Below, piece after piece: positions 1 through 11,311 of a stretch of DNA of 64,000 nt. The translations under genes and the position numbers were made by a program. Source of the DNA: Escherichia virus TH40. A model generated the notes under the pieces. The model saw only the letters and a list, made by a program, of their open reading frames with translations, was not told the origin of the DNA and did not search any database. The stretch lies in the sequence record MT446411.1; one strand, written 5' to 3'. The stretch's first letter is position 1. The number at the start of each line of letters is the position of its first letter.

Positions 1-1122
1 TTCTTTGAACTTATACAGGTTCTTTGAGCGCTTGTTTTCCCAAATCGATGCCATGTTTTTAAGGATAATACCTTCAAGACCTTCATCCACGTATTTCTTA
101 TAGATAACTTTCGCTTCATCGAGATTGTTAACAACATGGTTTTCAATCAGAATCATGCGGTCAAAACCATGCAATACCACATTATCTGCAATCATCTTTT
201 CCAGAACAGCAAAACGCACATCATATTTCAGTGGATTGAGAATCTTAACATCAGAATAGACTTCAATCAGTGGAACATAATCCCAAACCTGGAATTTCAT
301 ACAAGAAGCTTCTGCCGCAGAAATAGTTCCTTTCAATGATTTGTTTGCCATGCCATTTGAAAAGGTTCTTGATTCTGCAAATTCTTTTGCCTTGCTAAGC
401 TCAGGCATATCGTCAAAAAGGAAGCCCAAACCGTCATTCTGGGGAGCTACTTTCTGCTCATGGTATACTAACTCGCCATCAATTAAAACGCCCTCAGGAT
501 GTCTCTCGCGCGCTTCACGGGTAGCTTCAATCAATTCCTTTTTAAGGAGGTCAAGCTTAAGGTATTCGTTACCAGCTCGGGATAGCAATCGAACATCATC
601 CAACTCATCGCCACGAACTTCTGCAAAACACCGAGCACCATCGGCTTTCAATTGTGCAAATGCCGGGAACTTAATGTTCTTAGCAATACCGGCTTCATCA
701 TAAGAAGAAGCGAGCATCTGTGGTTGTTCAGGAATTAAACCTTTCCAAACCTTATTCGCAATCGATACAGATGCACCACATTCCAGGTCACGCATCATCA
801 CACGGCGAAGAACTTCAACATCATCTTTTTTACCATCTGCGATATAACCAGATAATTCCTCGATTGCCGCATTACCTGTTAATTTGCGAGAGGCTAATGT
901 GAATTCGATAAAGTCAAGCATATCATCGATATTCAACATGCCAAAGCTTTGAGACGTTGCCCCAGGTTTTGGCCATTTCTTTATATAGAACTGGATGCCT
1001 TTGGAATATGTCAAACGATACACGCGTTTAAGGGTTTCATTGTCAGAATACGATTCCAGAATAGCTTGTTTCTCTTTAGTGGAATCGGTTGCAGCAATTT
1101 CATTTAAAATATCTAAAATCAT
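1..1122 (-). CDS. 30: ATP-dependent DNA ligase, N-terminal 374 codons (3' end of gene lies beyond window start)
   Basis: Minus-strand translation from ATG at 1120-1122 (SD GAGGTGA) reads MILDILNEIAATDSTKEKQ...FAQLKADGARCF...NLYKFKE with no stop down to position 1; matches T4 ligase N-terminus as recalled, including the KxDG adenylation motif. Confidence 0.9.
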   Translation of the reverse strand, partial: MILDILNEIAATDSTKEKQAILESYSDNETLKRVYRLTYSKGIQFYIKKWPKPGATSQSFGMLNIDDMLDFIEFTLASRKLTGNAAIEELSGYIADGKKDDVEVLRRVMMRDLECGASVSIANKVWKGLIPEQPQMLASSYDEAGIAKNIKFPAFAQLKADGARCFAEVRGDELDDVRLLSRAGNEYLKLDLLKKELIEATREARERHPEGVLIDGELVYHEQKVAPQNDGLGFLFDDMPELSKAKEFAESRTFSNGMANKSLKGTISAAEASCMKFQVWDYVPLIEVYSDVKILNPLKYDVRFAVLEKMIADNVVLHGFDRMILIENHVVNNLDEAKVIYKKYVDEGLEGIILKNMASIWENKRSKNLYKFKE

Positions 1123-1132
1123 TAATCACCTC

Positions 1133-1414
1133 TTAGTCGTTGACTCTATTATATGCCACGTCTTCCAAAAGCAAATCCAGCCGCTTATGATAAGTGAACA
1201 CAAATTTAGTTGCCCCGTCTGGTTTCATTTTGGTCATGAAGTGAACATAGATAAATCCTTGCTCAACGCATTCACGCCAAACGGGGTTATCTTTAGCCGG
1301 ATTAATATCAAACGAGTAATTATGATTCACATGACGAATAAACTGGTTAACATGACCGTAATCCATCGTGGTAGTTGGACCACGGTCAGAAATAGTATGA
1401 ACGACAAACATCAA
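1133..1414 (-). CDS. hypothetical protein (30.1 position)
   Basis: 93-aa ORF, same strand, ends 11 bp upstream of ligase start. Confidence 0.5.
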   Translation of the reverse strand: MMFVVHTISDRGPTTTMDYGHVNQFIRHVNHNYSFDINPAKDNPVWRECVEQGFIYVHFMTKMKPDGATKFVFTYHKRLDLLLEDVAYNRVND

Positions 1415-2235
1415 TTACCCCCTTGGCCACCGGTCGGTTGATTGTACCAGTATTCAATACCAGTACCTACACGCTGGCCATATTGATATGGATATGCTGG
1501 ATTATATCCAGGAGTCCACGGTTGACCAGGCTGCCAGCCTTGCTGCATTTGTTGTTGAAGGCGTCGAGTTTCACGAAACAGCTCTTCCAGTTTACGGAGT
1601 TCATCTGGAGTGAATTCTGGTTTGACCGGTTCATCTTTGTGTTTCAGTTTAAGCTGTCCAGCAACATCGTCCCAATTAAAAACTTTGGAAGCTGTTTTAG
1701 GAATAGCATCACGTTCGCCGCGGGCCATCCAATAAACCGGAACCTCGAGAATTTCACTCGCATGGTCGCAATGGTGGGCAAGGTCATCAATATAACAAAT
1801 GACATTATATTTGGTCTTCGCTTTCTGAAACAAATCTTCTTTAGAAGCTGTATGACCACACATCATCACTTCTTTAAATGCCCCAGGGAACAAAGCATTC
1901 AGGTTGAATTGACGATTCAGGCGTGCGTCAATGGAATCACCCAGGGCTGTAACAGCCACAAAATCATATTGCTCTTTGAGGTTATTAATAACCCTTAATG
2001 CATCCGCATAAGGAGACAAATAGCGAATAAAGTCTGAACAGTTATATTTTTCAATTAACTGCGCGCCTAACTCTTCATCACAATTGAAAAGTTTACCAGG
2101 GGTCACAAATTTTTCATCCTGAATCATCTTAAGGATATGTTCCAGGGGTAAATTATATTTTTGAGCGAAATAAGGTAAGCCAGACTGCCATGACAAACAT
2201 ACGCCATCAATATCTGTTAAAATAACGGGTTTCAT
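1411..2235 (-). CDS. HAD-superfamily hydrolase-like protein with Q/P/G/Y-rich C-terminal tail
   Basis: N-terminal ILTDIDGV (DxDGx HAD motif I); 4-nt stop/start overlaps with both neighbours. Confidence 0.6.
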   Translation of the reverse strand: MKPVILTDIDGVCLSWQSGLPYFAQKYNLPLEHILKMIQDEKFVTPGKLFNCDEELGAQLIEKYNCSDFIRYLSPYADALRVINNLKEQYDFVAVTALGDSIDARLNRQFNLNALFPGAFKEVMMCGHTASKEDLFQKAKTKYNVICYIDDLAHHCDHASEILEVPVYWMARGERDAIPKTASKVFNWDDVAGQLKLKHKDEPVKPEFTPDELRKLEELFRETRRLQQQMQQGWQPGQPWTPGYNPAYPYQYGQRVGTGIEYWYNQPTGGQGGN

Positions 2236-2699
2236 AATGCATCTCTCAATTGGTTAAGTATGTCAATAAATTCTTGTTCAGTCAATATTGTATCATGAAC
2301 AGTAAGGTGGCTCGCCATCGAATGCTTTAAAACTTTGCCTTTTGTGGATTGTAACGCATTGCGGAATCCTTGGTTCTGGAGCGCTGCTTCAAAATATGCA
2401 TTTGTATACAGCTCTTTCCATGCTGCAGAGTATCTTGAAAAGGGAATTCCAAGCCAGAAAAGCGTCCCACGGTCCGCAGCTCTTGCATAAGCTCTTCCAC
2501 TTTGCTGGGCGGCCAATCCGGACATCCCAAATATACGTTTTTGTTGTTCAACATTTCTCACCTTGCATCCTTGTAGGAAGCCTTCAAGACCTCCAAACTG
2601 GATACCCTCCATAACAAAAGGCCATTTAGCAAAGTTACTTAATGCACATGATGGCCATGGGAAATTGCTTCTGATTTCTAACTCAGACATCTTTGACAC
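2232..2699 (-). CDS. hypothetical protein
   Basis: 155-aa ORF in co-directional array, ATGA overlap with downstream gene. Confidence 0.5.
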   Translation of the reverse strand: MSKMSELEIRSNFPWPSCALSNFAKWPFVMEGIQFGGLEGFLQGCKVRNVEQQKRIFGMSGLAAQQSGRAYARAADRGTLFWLGIPFSRYSAAWKELYTNAYFEAALQNQGFRNALQSTKGKVLKHSMASHLTVHDTILTEQEFIDILNQLRDAL

Positions 2700-2895
2700 T
2701 GATAATCTCTACATCAGCCCAATGACCATAACCAGGTAAACGGTCTTTAATAGATAATCCGCCATCAGATTTCAGCATTTTAATTGTTTTAGTATATGGT
2801 TCAATATTTCGGGCCCATGGACTTACATCAGTCACGCGATAAGTAACTTCGACCATTTCTGTTCCCAAAATTTTCTGAATCAGTTTCTTAAACAC
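2683..2895 (-). CDS. hypothetical protein
   Basis: 70-aa ORF in array. Confidence 0.4.
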   Translation of the reverse strand: MFKKLIQKILGTEMVEVTYRVTDVSPWARNIEPYTKTIKMLKSDGGLSIKDRLPGYGHWADVEIISVKDV

Positions 2896-2896
2896 A

Positions 2897-3091
2897 TTAT
2901 CCTCGCTTTAAACATTTGATTACAGACAACTCACCACCCATGCGAACGTCTTCAGTTCCATCAACCCACAAGACTGCATATGCTTCTTTAATTTGGGTAT
3001 TGTCTAATTTAAACGCAGGCAGGACCTTTGAAATCATTCCAGGAATACCCACACCTTTTAACTGAACAGTTTGTGATAAGAATAATTTCAT
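2897..3091 (-). CDS. hypothetical protein
   Basis: 64-aa ORF in array. Confidence 0.4.
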   Translation of the reverse strand: MKLFLSQTVQLKGVGIPGMISKVLPAFKLDNTQIKEAYAVLWVDGTEDVRMGGELSVIKCLKRG

Positions 3092-3432
3092 TAGAACCTC
3101 ATCTGGAAACCGTGTGATTTAACATTACCGCCATTAATATCAGATGAATTAATTTCACGTGCTGCAATTGGGGCAATATCAATGTCGCGTCTAAGCTTGG
3201 TGATTGCCAGAGTATCGCGTCCATTAACAGTCCGGAATTCTAGTGGGCAAACTACATCAACATAGTTCTTAATGGAATCACGTGTTGGTTCACACCCAGC
3301 AGGAACATTAGGGCCTTTTTTAGAGAAAACAACTTCACAGAAATTTTTACGTGTATCAAAGTAAGTAGTCATAAACATAGTATTTTCCTCAAGGGGCTTT
3401 CGCCCCCATTTAAGATTAGATATCAAATTCAT
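3091..3432 (-). CDS. hypothetical protein
   Basis: 113-aa ORF in array. Confidence 0.45.
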   Translation of the reverse strand: MNLISNLKWGRKPLEENTMFMTTYFDTRKNFCEVVFSKKGPNVPAGCEPTRDSIKNYVDVVCPLEFRTVNGRDTLAITKLRRDIDIAPIAAREINSSDINGGNVKSHGFQMRF

Positions 3433-3781
3433 TAAGAACTACATCAAAGATTGCTTCCAGGTGTTCAGGTTTTGCTTTGTTGCTCAGGATGTGACGAATC
3501 CAAGTTTTAACCAGAAGCTTGCGATTAACACCATTCCAGCAAGGATGAGTCCCTAAATCACGCTCACGGAAATCATCATCTAATGCGATTTTGAATACCG
3601 AACCTTCCATCGTGATTGAAAGAGTGATACCATTTTCAAATCGCATATAAACGTAGTTAGGAGTCATATACTGTTCAATTTCACACACTGAACCGTTTTG
3701 ATGTTTCCACAAGCAAATAACTTCAGAAGAACCTGGGATGCAGTTAGAAACATATTTGCGTTCAAAGTTGATGTAGTTCAT
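3416..3781 (-). CDS. hypothetical protein
   Basis: 121-aa ORF in array. Confidence 0.45.
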   Translation of the reverse strand: MNYINFERKYVSNCIPGSSEVICLWKHQNGSVCEIEQYMTPNYVYMRFENGITLSITMEGSVFKIALDDDFRERDLGTHPCWNGVNRKLLVKTWIRHILSNKAKPEHLEAIFDVVLNEFDI

Positions 3782-3852
3782 TTTATTCTCCAGTTGTTTT
3801 CATTTGTTGGTACAGGTCTATAATATCATAACCTGTACCAAAGTAAACTGTT

Positions 3853-4221
3853 TTATGCGACTTTAATCCAATTATCTAAATTTAATTCACCCTTAGCTTT
3901 CATTTTTTCAATCAGAAGGTCTGCAGTGGTGCGACCATTTTGATACCATGTAACATCTTCAGAATAACCAGTTTCTTCATCTTCATAGGTCTTACAACGA
4001 ATCTTACCCAAAATCAAAGTTTTCAGTTCGTATGTATCACCAGTAAAAAAGTTTGTTACCATAATTTTCCAAGAGAAGTCATCAGAAGGACCTTCTGGAG
4101 TCATGCAACCTACAAATTCAAACTGCTCTTTATACAAGTGCCATTGCATCTCTTTAGTTTCGATTGCTTTGTAGCCGTCGTGGTCTTTACCTTTGATGTA
4201 TGAGTTAAGATTGATTTTCAT
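3853..4221 (-). CDS. hypothetical protein
   Basis: 122-aa ORF; early promoter cassette and GGAG SD immediately upstream. Confidence 0.5.
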   Translation of the reverse strand: MKINLNSYIKGKDHDGYKAIETKEMQWHLYKEQFEFVGCMTPEGPSDDFSWKIMVTNFFTGDTYELKTLILGKIRCKTYEDEETGYSEDVTWYQNGRTTADLLIEKMKAKGELNLDNWIKVA

Positions 4222-4262
4222 TTTATGCTCCAGTGTTTTATTGTGTAACTCAGTATGGAATC

Positions 4263-4292
4263 ATTATGCACTGGACCAACCCTGTTGTAAAC
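4263..4292 (-). promoter_or_regulatory. sigma70-type early promoter (cassette subtype I)
   Basis: Minus strand reads GTTTACA, 17-bp spacer, CATAAT; conserved leader ...CCATACTGAGTTACACAATAAAACACTGGAG then ATG. Confidence 0.55.
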
Positions 4293-4302
4293 CCCTTTAT
4301 GG

Positions 4303-4331
4303 AAAATAAAAAAGGGACTCCGAAGAGTCCC
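4303..4331 (-). terminator. rho-independent terminator
   Basis: Hairpin GGGACTCTTCGGAGTCCC followed by T-run on minus strand, directly after stop of 4337..4498 gene. Confidence 0.6.
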
Positions 4332-4336
4332 TGAAC

Positions 4337-4498
4337 TTATGCTTTCGGCTTACCAAAGCAAGCTGCATCGGCACGCAATACCGCACGAGCACGAGCCTGA
4401 AGTTTATCAGTCACCTGATTGATTCGCTTGTTGGACGCACGCTTGTAACCAGCGCGTTTGGAGGAGCCATCAACAACTTTAACTTCTTTCTTAGCCAT
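4337..4498 (-). CDS. small basic protein (53 aa)
   Basis: Hand-translated MAKKEVKVVDGSSKRAGYKRASNKRINQVTDKLQARARAVLRADAACFGKPKA; below track cut-off; followed by terminator. Confidence 0.45.
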   Translation of the reverse strand: MAKKEVKVVDGSSKRAGYKRASNKRINQVTDKLQARARAVLRADAACFGKPKA

Positions 4499-4895
4499 AT
4501 TAAATTCTCTTTAAAATAGAATGCAGGACTTATTGGCATTGCCTGCGCAAGCCCTCGAAGGGAACATTAGGTTTCGGATATTTAACGACAGGATAACCAT
4601 AAACCTCGTCAACATACCTTATAGCTCTTATCTGTTGCACACCGTTAGCTTAAAGGTTCCGGGTTCGATTTCTCGAGGATAAGATATATACTGATGGATA
4701 TATAGGCCTTGAGGCGTACTCCCGATTGGCCATCACCTCGGGGTAGCATGCACTTGCCGCTATAAGAATAACATTCAAGAGGTACACCGTAAAACTGTCG
4801 AGGTCTTAAAACTATAATGATTCGCAAATCATTAATCAGACGGTTCGACGGCTCCTCGATTTTAGCTCACACTAAGGCAGTGAATCTCCAATAAA

Positions 4896-5150
4896 TTACT
4901 TCAGGGTTACGACAAAATGACGAACAGCTTTACGGGCAGCAGATGCCAGCGGCTTAGCAAATTTCAGTTCATCTTTTGCTTCGAGCACTGCGCGAAGGTC
5001 GGTTTGAACCGGGTTAAGATGTTTGAAATACTGCAGAATTTCCAGTGCTTCGGCTTCAACATCAATAGATGCGCCGTAGTTTTCGTGACCGTTATTCCAT
5101 GCAGTGCGTTGCAGTTCAAGAGCGTGTTGTAATTGTTTGTTTAAAGACAT
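4896..5150 (-). CDS. hypothetical protein at the rIII position (84 aa from internal ATG; track ORF extends to 5285)
   Basis: ATG at 5148-5150 preceded by GAGG; position between the gene-30 cluster and gene 31 as in T4; assignment by synteny and size only. Confidence 0.45.
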   Translation of the reverse strand: MSLNKQLQHALELQRTAWNNGHENYGASIDVEAEALEILQYFKHLNPVQTDLRAVLEAKDELKFAKPLASAARKAVRHFVVTLK

Positions 5151-5290
5151 TTTAGAAGCCTCAATACGAGGTGAATATTTGGTGGACACGTTCTTCTGAA
5201 TTTCACTTCCTTTCGACAAGTCTCTCAGTTGTAGTCCACCGTTTAGGATTCTCCGGTTAACTAACTGGTCCGGCAGCCAATCCATATTAT

Positions 5291-5298
5291 TATTTATA
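5291..5298 (-). promoter_or_regulatory. possible late promoter (TATAAATA on minus strand)
   Basis: Plus strand tatttata = minus strand TATAAATA between gene 31 stop and the rIII-position gene. Confidence 0.35.
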
Positions 5299-5307
5299 AC
5301 GCTAATT

Positions 5308-5655
5308 TTACTTATAAAGACAAGGAACAGCTTTATAATGACAGGTCACAAATTTCTGCTTAACTTCTTTAGCCTGCTTAAGTCCCAGTGCAACCAGAGG
5401 ATGTGGAACGTTTGCAATCTTGCCAACCGGAAGAGGAGTCAAATCACCTACTTCGCAGAAGCCTTCAGGAACATCCGGACCAACCGAAAATACTTCACAC
5501 ATCTCCGGAATTTCACCCTGATGGAGTTTTCCGATAACGATGCCTGATGCCGTAGTTTCTTCATCACCAGCTTGCTTTGGCTCAGAAACCAAAATAATAT
5601 ATTCACCTACTGCTTTAATTGGTAATTCCATATTTAATCCATGTTGTTTGGTCAT
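5308..5655 (-). CDS. 31: co-chaperonin gp31 (GroES-like)
   Basis: [23 protein letters not shown]...[15 protein letters not shown]...[15 protein letters not shown] matches T4 gp31 as recalled. Confidence 0.9.
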   Translation of the reverse strand: MTKQHGLNMELPIKAVGEYIILVSEPKQAGDEETTASGIVIGKLHQGEIPEMCEVFSVGPDVPEGFCEVGDLTPLPVGKIANVPHPLVALGLKQAKEVKQKFVTCHYKAVPCLYK

Positions 5656-5686
5656 GTATTAATAATAACACGCGTTGTTTGAAGCA

Positions 5687-5986
5687 TTAAAGGACGAGCA
5701 GAGTCTCGGTCTGCAGTCCATTCACGGAAATCAATTTATTGAAACAGAATGAACGCCATTCATTAAGCTTGGTATCAAATACCCGGATATAGCTAACTGG
5801 TTCTTTATTGACTTCTGGTCCAGGGGCCTGGATTTCTTTATATGGAAGCAGGTCCAGGTCGCGAGTACAAGTCATACGACGAACACTGCCATCTGCTTTT
5901 TCAAACAGAACTTCGTGAAAGCCAACAGACAAAATAGTCTTGACTTTTTCGCGAAGGCGAATTGTTTCTTGTTCAGTTAAAATCAT
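5687..5986 (-). CDS. hypothetical protein
   Basis: 99-aa ORF in array. Confidence 0.5.
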   Translation of the reverse strand: MILTEQETIRLREKVKTILSVGFHEVLFEKADGSVRRMTCTRDLDLLPYKEIQAPGPEVNKEPVSYIRVFDTKLNEWRSFCFNKLISVNGLQTETLLVL

Positions 5987-5988
5987 AA

Positions 5989-6222
5989 TTATTCCAAAAC
6001 AGTTTTAATAGTGGTTGCATTACGCTCTTTTAAAGCGCTCAGCAGGGATTTGCATTTTTCAAAAACCGGGTCCGTTTTATACCGGATGCTTTCGTCAATC
6101 CATTCAGATTTATAGTAAGACTTCCAGCGAGAGAAGAAATACTTTTTGTATTCCACCGAAAAAGCGATTATACCCGTCCCCCGAGGACTAAGACTGGTTA
6201 TTTTAACCATACGAAATTTCAT
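5989..6222 (-). CDS. hypothetical protein
   Basis: 77-aa ORF in array. Confidence 0.45.
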   Translation of the reverse strand: MKFRMVKITSLSPRGTGIIAFSVEYKKYFFSRWKSYYKSEWIDESIRYKTDPVFEKCKSLLSALKERNATTIKTVLE

Positions 6223-6803
6223 TATTCACCACAAAATTCGTTAATGTTTTCCCAGTTCAATTTGTCTAAACTACGCTTAGGCACATTGAACACCTCAATT
6301 CCTGCATTCTTCAGGATATCATCCCAACCAGGAATATTCTTATCATACGTTTCACAGTAAACCAATTTCTTGATTCCTGATTGAGAAATTGCCTTTGCAC
6401 AGTCAGGGCAAGGGGAAAGCGTCACATACATAGTAGCGCCTTCAATTGACGAACCCATTCTTGCTGCAAACAGAATTGCATTAAGCTCAGCATGGATTTC
6501 GTTGTTCTTTGACCATGCAGAATGGGCTTCGCGATGGGCTTTCGCCAATACAAAACGGTCAACCTTACTGAATCTCACACATTCTGGCTTGTGACCGGTG
6601 ACGAGAACAGGTTTAGGTTTATTCAGTAACCAACCTTGCTCTTCCGCATGCTCGCAACAGTTGACCCCACCTGCAGGGGAACCATTATACCCTGTAGAAA
6701 TAATGCGTCCATTCTTTTCAATAACAGCTCCCACTTTCCAGGAGCAACATTTGGATTCTTGAGATACAAGGTATGCGATTTGCAGAACAGTAGTTGGTTT
6801 CAT
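6222..6803 (-). CDS. cd: dCMP deaminase
   Basis: 193 aa with HAELNAI and PCPDC zinc-binding deaminase motifs. Confidence 0.9.
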   Translation of the reverse strand: MKPTTVLQIAYLVSQESKCCSWKVGAVIEKNGRIISTGYNGSPAGGVNCCEHAEEQGWLLNKPKPVLVTGHKPECVRFSKVDRFVLAKAHREAHSAWSKNNEIHAELNAILFAARMGSSIEGATMYVTLSPCPDCAKAISQSGIKKLVYCETYDKNIPGWDDILKNAGIEVFNVPKRSLDKLNWENINEFCGE

Positions 6804-7139
6804 TTACATCACCACGAGATAATTGGTTTTAATAGTTTCAACACGATATAATTCATGTCGCAATTTAGTAATGCTCTTAACATGTGTTGTAATTATACTA
6901 TCACCGTCGCTGAAGCGTTTTTTCTTATCGTCAAAAATCACCCCAAACATTCGCTCACCAATTTCTACAGGAGCTTCTGTGATAACAACCGCATCATAAT
7001 TGCTTGGATGGACACTTTTAAACAGAGCATCATTCGCAAGCGTTACTTTGATAAATGCAGTTGTTTCTGGGTCCAACTTACGATGGTCACCTAAATCATT
7101 TTTAAGTGATTCTTTGAAAATATCCATTAAATTCATCAT
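6804..7139 (-). CDS. hypothetical protein
   Basis: 111-aa ORF in array. Confidence 0.45.
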   Translation of the reverse strand: MMNLMDIFKESLKNDLGDHRKLDPETTAFIKVTLANDALFKSVHPSNYDAVVITEAPVEIGERMFGVIFDDKKKRFSDGDSIITTHVKSITKLRHELYRVETIKTNYLVVM

Positions 7140-7381
7140 TGAATATACACTCGCTGCGCTTCAACCAGACCATCAGAACCCAATTTCAGTTGGGTCAACT
7201 GGTCACCACCTTTTAGAGTAATTTTCGGATTAATGACAATCATAAAACTGCGTGCAGATTCCTGAATAACTTGCAAAGTCGCAGCAGGGAATCGCTGTGA
7301 TACACGGTTAATCATCTCTTGAGCAAATGCCTTCACTTTTTCGTGAAACTCTTCAACAGTAATTGGGGTTTCGCTAAGCAT
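7136..7381 (-). CDS. hypothetical protein
   Basis: 81-aa ORF, ATGA overlap. Confidence 0.45.
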   Translation of the reverse strand: MLSETPITVEEFHEKVKAFAQEMINRVSQRFPAATLQVIQESARSFMIVINPKITLKGGDQLTQLKLGSDGLVEAQRVYIQ

Positions 7382-7923
7382 CAGATGGTCTCCTGTTTAA
7401 CTTGTTTAACGATAGAAGCTTTTGTGATATCGCCTTTGATAATATAGCAATCTTCTGCAGTACCACGGTTTAACAGACGCTCTGCTTCGCCTTCCGCATA
7501 TTCTTTTGACGTATGACGAGAGTTAATCTCAATCTTGCCATTTTTAACCACAAGCAATTTCCAAACTGATGCAAGTTTTACTGGCGCAGGTTCAACTTCT
7601 GGCTTAACGCCAACTTCAGCCTGAATGAAATATTGGAATTCATCTGACAATGGACCAGCGGAAACAAACATTGCTCCACGATGTCTGTTTCCTTCGTCAG
7701 ATATTTTTGCCAAATCCATAAAATCATTTTCATCAATCAAACGAATCTCACAAACTTTTTTACCGCCGCTAACATTATCAGGTAAAATCTTAACTTCAAA
7801 TGGAGTCATACCGATGTATCCGGCAATTTGGTAATTAGCTGCCCAGCCTCCGGCAATAAATTGTTTTTTGGCATTTTCAGATACAAATTTGTAAAACTTA
7901 CCTTCTTCAAAGAAATCGCTCAT
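7381..7923 (-). CDS. hypothetical protein
   Basis: 180-aa ORF in array. Confidence 0.5.
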   Translation of the reverse strand: MSDFFEEGKFYKFVSENAKKQFIAGGWAANYQIAGYIGMTPFEVKILPDNVSGGKKVCEIRLIDENDFMDLAKISDEGNRHRGAMFVSAGPLSDEFQYFIQAEVGVKPEVEPAPVKLASVWKLLVVKNGKIEINSRHTSKEYAEGEAERLLNRGTAEDCYIIKGDITKASIVKQVKQETI

Positions 7924-7983
7924 TTTGTTTTCCTCATGTGTTGATGAAATTCATTATACACCATCCATGGTGAAAGTAAACAC

Positions 7984-8262
7984 TTAAATTGCTTCGACAA
8001 CTACCGTTTGTTTCTGGAAGTCCATTTTGCATGAAATAGCCAAAATGTGGTTATCAATTTTAAATGGAACAATTGCAAATGCTGCACCAGGCGTGAGTTG
8101 AACAGTGATTGCATCAACTGCATCCGGGAACATGATTTCCAGAATAGCAGACAAACGACCGTGCACTTTTAGTTCAGTCGACACGTCGACGCTTTCGTAT
8201 AGATAATCAGATACAATCTGACTAAAAAGTACTTTAACAATTTCAGAATATGTAGGAAACAT
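7984..8262 (-). CDS. hypothetical protein
   Basis: 92-aa ORF; promoter-like TGGTATAAT upstream. Confidence 0.45.
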   Translation of the reverse strand: MFPTYSEIVKVLFSQIVSDYLYESVDVSTELKVHGRLSAILEIMFPDAVDAITVQLTPGAAFAIVPFKIDNHILAISCKMDFQKQTVVVEAI

Positions 8263-8307
8263 TTCTTTTCTCGCTTAGTTATTGGGGTTATCCAAAGGAC
8301 CTAGACC

Positions 8308-8318
8308 CCATTATACCA
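8308..8318 (-). promoter_or_regulatory. possible extended -10 promoter
   Basis: Minus strand TGGTATAATGG upstream of 7984..8262; no clear -35. Confidence 0.3.
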
Positions 8319-8334
8319 TAAAATTTTTAAAGCG

Positions 8335-8550
8335 TTAATGGACGGTATGCACCTTGACATTAACGATAAATCGGTCGGTGATTTCGACCATCGGTGCAAA
8401 CTCTACATGATATTCACCTTTATATCTTGTGTTCATATCATTACGAATTTTTACTAGCTCATTAATCAGGGCAGGTGACATTCCTTGCCCAGCTAGTTTG
8501 TTAAGGAAGCCGTATGCTTCCTCTTTAATTTCATCGTGTTTATCGTACAT
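8335..8550 (-). CDS. hypothetical protein (start moved to internal ATG)
   Basis: ATG at 8548-8550 follows stop of upstream gene; track start would overlap neighbour by 80 nt. Confidence 0.4.
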   Translation of the reverse strand: MYDKHDEIKEEAYGFLNKLAGQGMSPALINELVKIRNDMNTRYKGEYHVEFAPMVEITDRFIVNVKVHTVH

Positions 8551-8797
8551 AATGCTCTTCCAGGAAGTCCAGGAGGGCCGTGGCGGAGGTAAAGATACCA
8601 CCATCAACCTTGTCTTCATCTTGATAGTCCATCACATCCAGACCGATACGTCCATCAGTTAAAGGCCATACGCTGAAAAAGTATTCGTAACGTTTTTCAA
8701 TTTCTTCAATCTTGCGAAAAATCTTTTCGATATTGTTCATAGGTTTCCACATCTTCACTACTTGAGTATAAATATAGTATATCACCAAAGAGGACAT
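8540..8797 (-). CDS. hypothetical protein
   Basis: 85-aa ORF in array. Confidence 0.45.
   Translation of the reverse strand: MSSLVIYYIYTQVVKMWKPMNNIEKIFRKIEEIEKRYEYFFSVWPLTDGRIGLDVMDYQDEDKVDGGIFTSATALLDFLEEHYVR
8767..8774 (+). promoter_or_regulatory. T4-type late promoter (TATAAATA)
   Basis: Exact TATAAATA 27 bp upstream of HNH gene ATG, followed by AAAGAGGA SD. Confidence 0.6.
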
Positions 8798-8800
8798 ACA

Positions 8801-10661
<1,861 letters not shown>

Positions 10662-10665
<4 letters not shown>

Positions 10666-11150
10666 ACACCAAGCTCCTTATAAAGTTCTTCGCGACAAGT
10701 TTTAAGGATTTTACCAGTTTCATAAGCTGCGCTTTCAGAAACATCACCAAGCGTAGCGGCAGCTTGCATTTGACCATGGCGTTTAGCCGCATATTCAAAA
10801 CTTTTTACCAGTTCACGAATACGTTCTTTTTCATTGTATTCTTCAATAAATTCTGGGTATTCCCAAACAGGTCGCATCATACGATACCACTGTTGGATAG
10901 TAATATAATTACTTCCATCCAGGTTAATAATTTGGGAAGGCTCAATAGCACCAGGAGGATAAAAAGTTACCTGTCTTACTACATCAATACCGTCCACAAT
11001 AGCCCAAGCAAAATCGAAAGTTGCCTTCTTTTCAATTGGTGTACTTGCACAGGACCCTAATTTTAAGAGCTTTTGTAATGCAGGGGATTTAACACCTGAA
11101 ATGTATTCAGGATTAGCTACAAAAGAATTGTCACGTAAAGTCATAGTCAT
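10662..11150 (-). CDS. hypothetical protein (start at ATG 11148-11150)
   Basis: First track ATG lies inside the promoter -10; GAGGAAA SD precedes the chosen ATG. Confidence 0.5.
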
Positions 11151-11178
11151 TTCCTCAAATTTTATAATCCGTAGGAGC

Positions 11179-11207
11179 ATTATACTCTGCTCCCATGAGT
11201 TTGTACA
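11179..11207 (-). promoter_or_regulatory. sigma70-type early promoter (cassette subtype III)
   Basis: Minus strand GTGTACA, 17 bp, TATAAT; -10 flanked by inverted repeat GGAGCA/TGCTCC. Confidence 0.5.
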
Positions 11208-11311
11208 CTACTTTCCAAAAAGACCTTGAACACATAAAGTGGCCGCAATTCCAAAACAAAAACAGAATGCGCCAAATCTAACAATATCCCAACCAAGGCT
11301 ACAGGTCTCTA

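Noticed and set aside
136-1441. Plus-strand ORFs of 60 to 148 codons in the first 1.4 kb
   Set aside because: They lie antisense within the DNA ligase gene, whose minus-strand reading frame is continuous and matches T4 gp30; shadow ORFs.
4655-4680. tRNA-like T-arm sequence GGTTCCGGGTTCGATTTCTCG
   Set aside because: Flanking sequence does not form a 5-bp T-stem, acceptor stem or anticodon arm; no complete cloverleaf could be drawn by hand. Left as part of the noncoding-interval finding.
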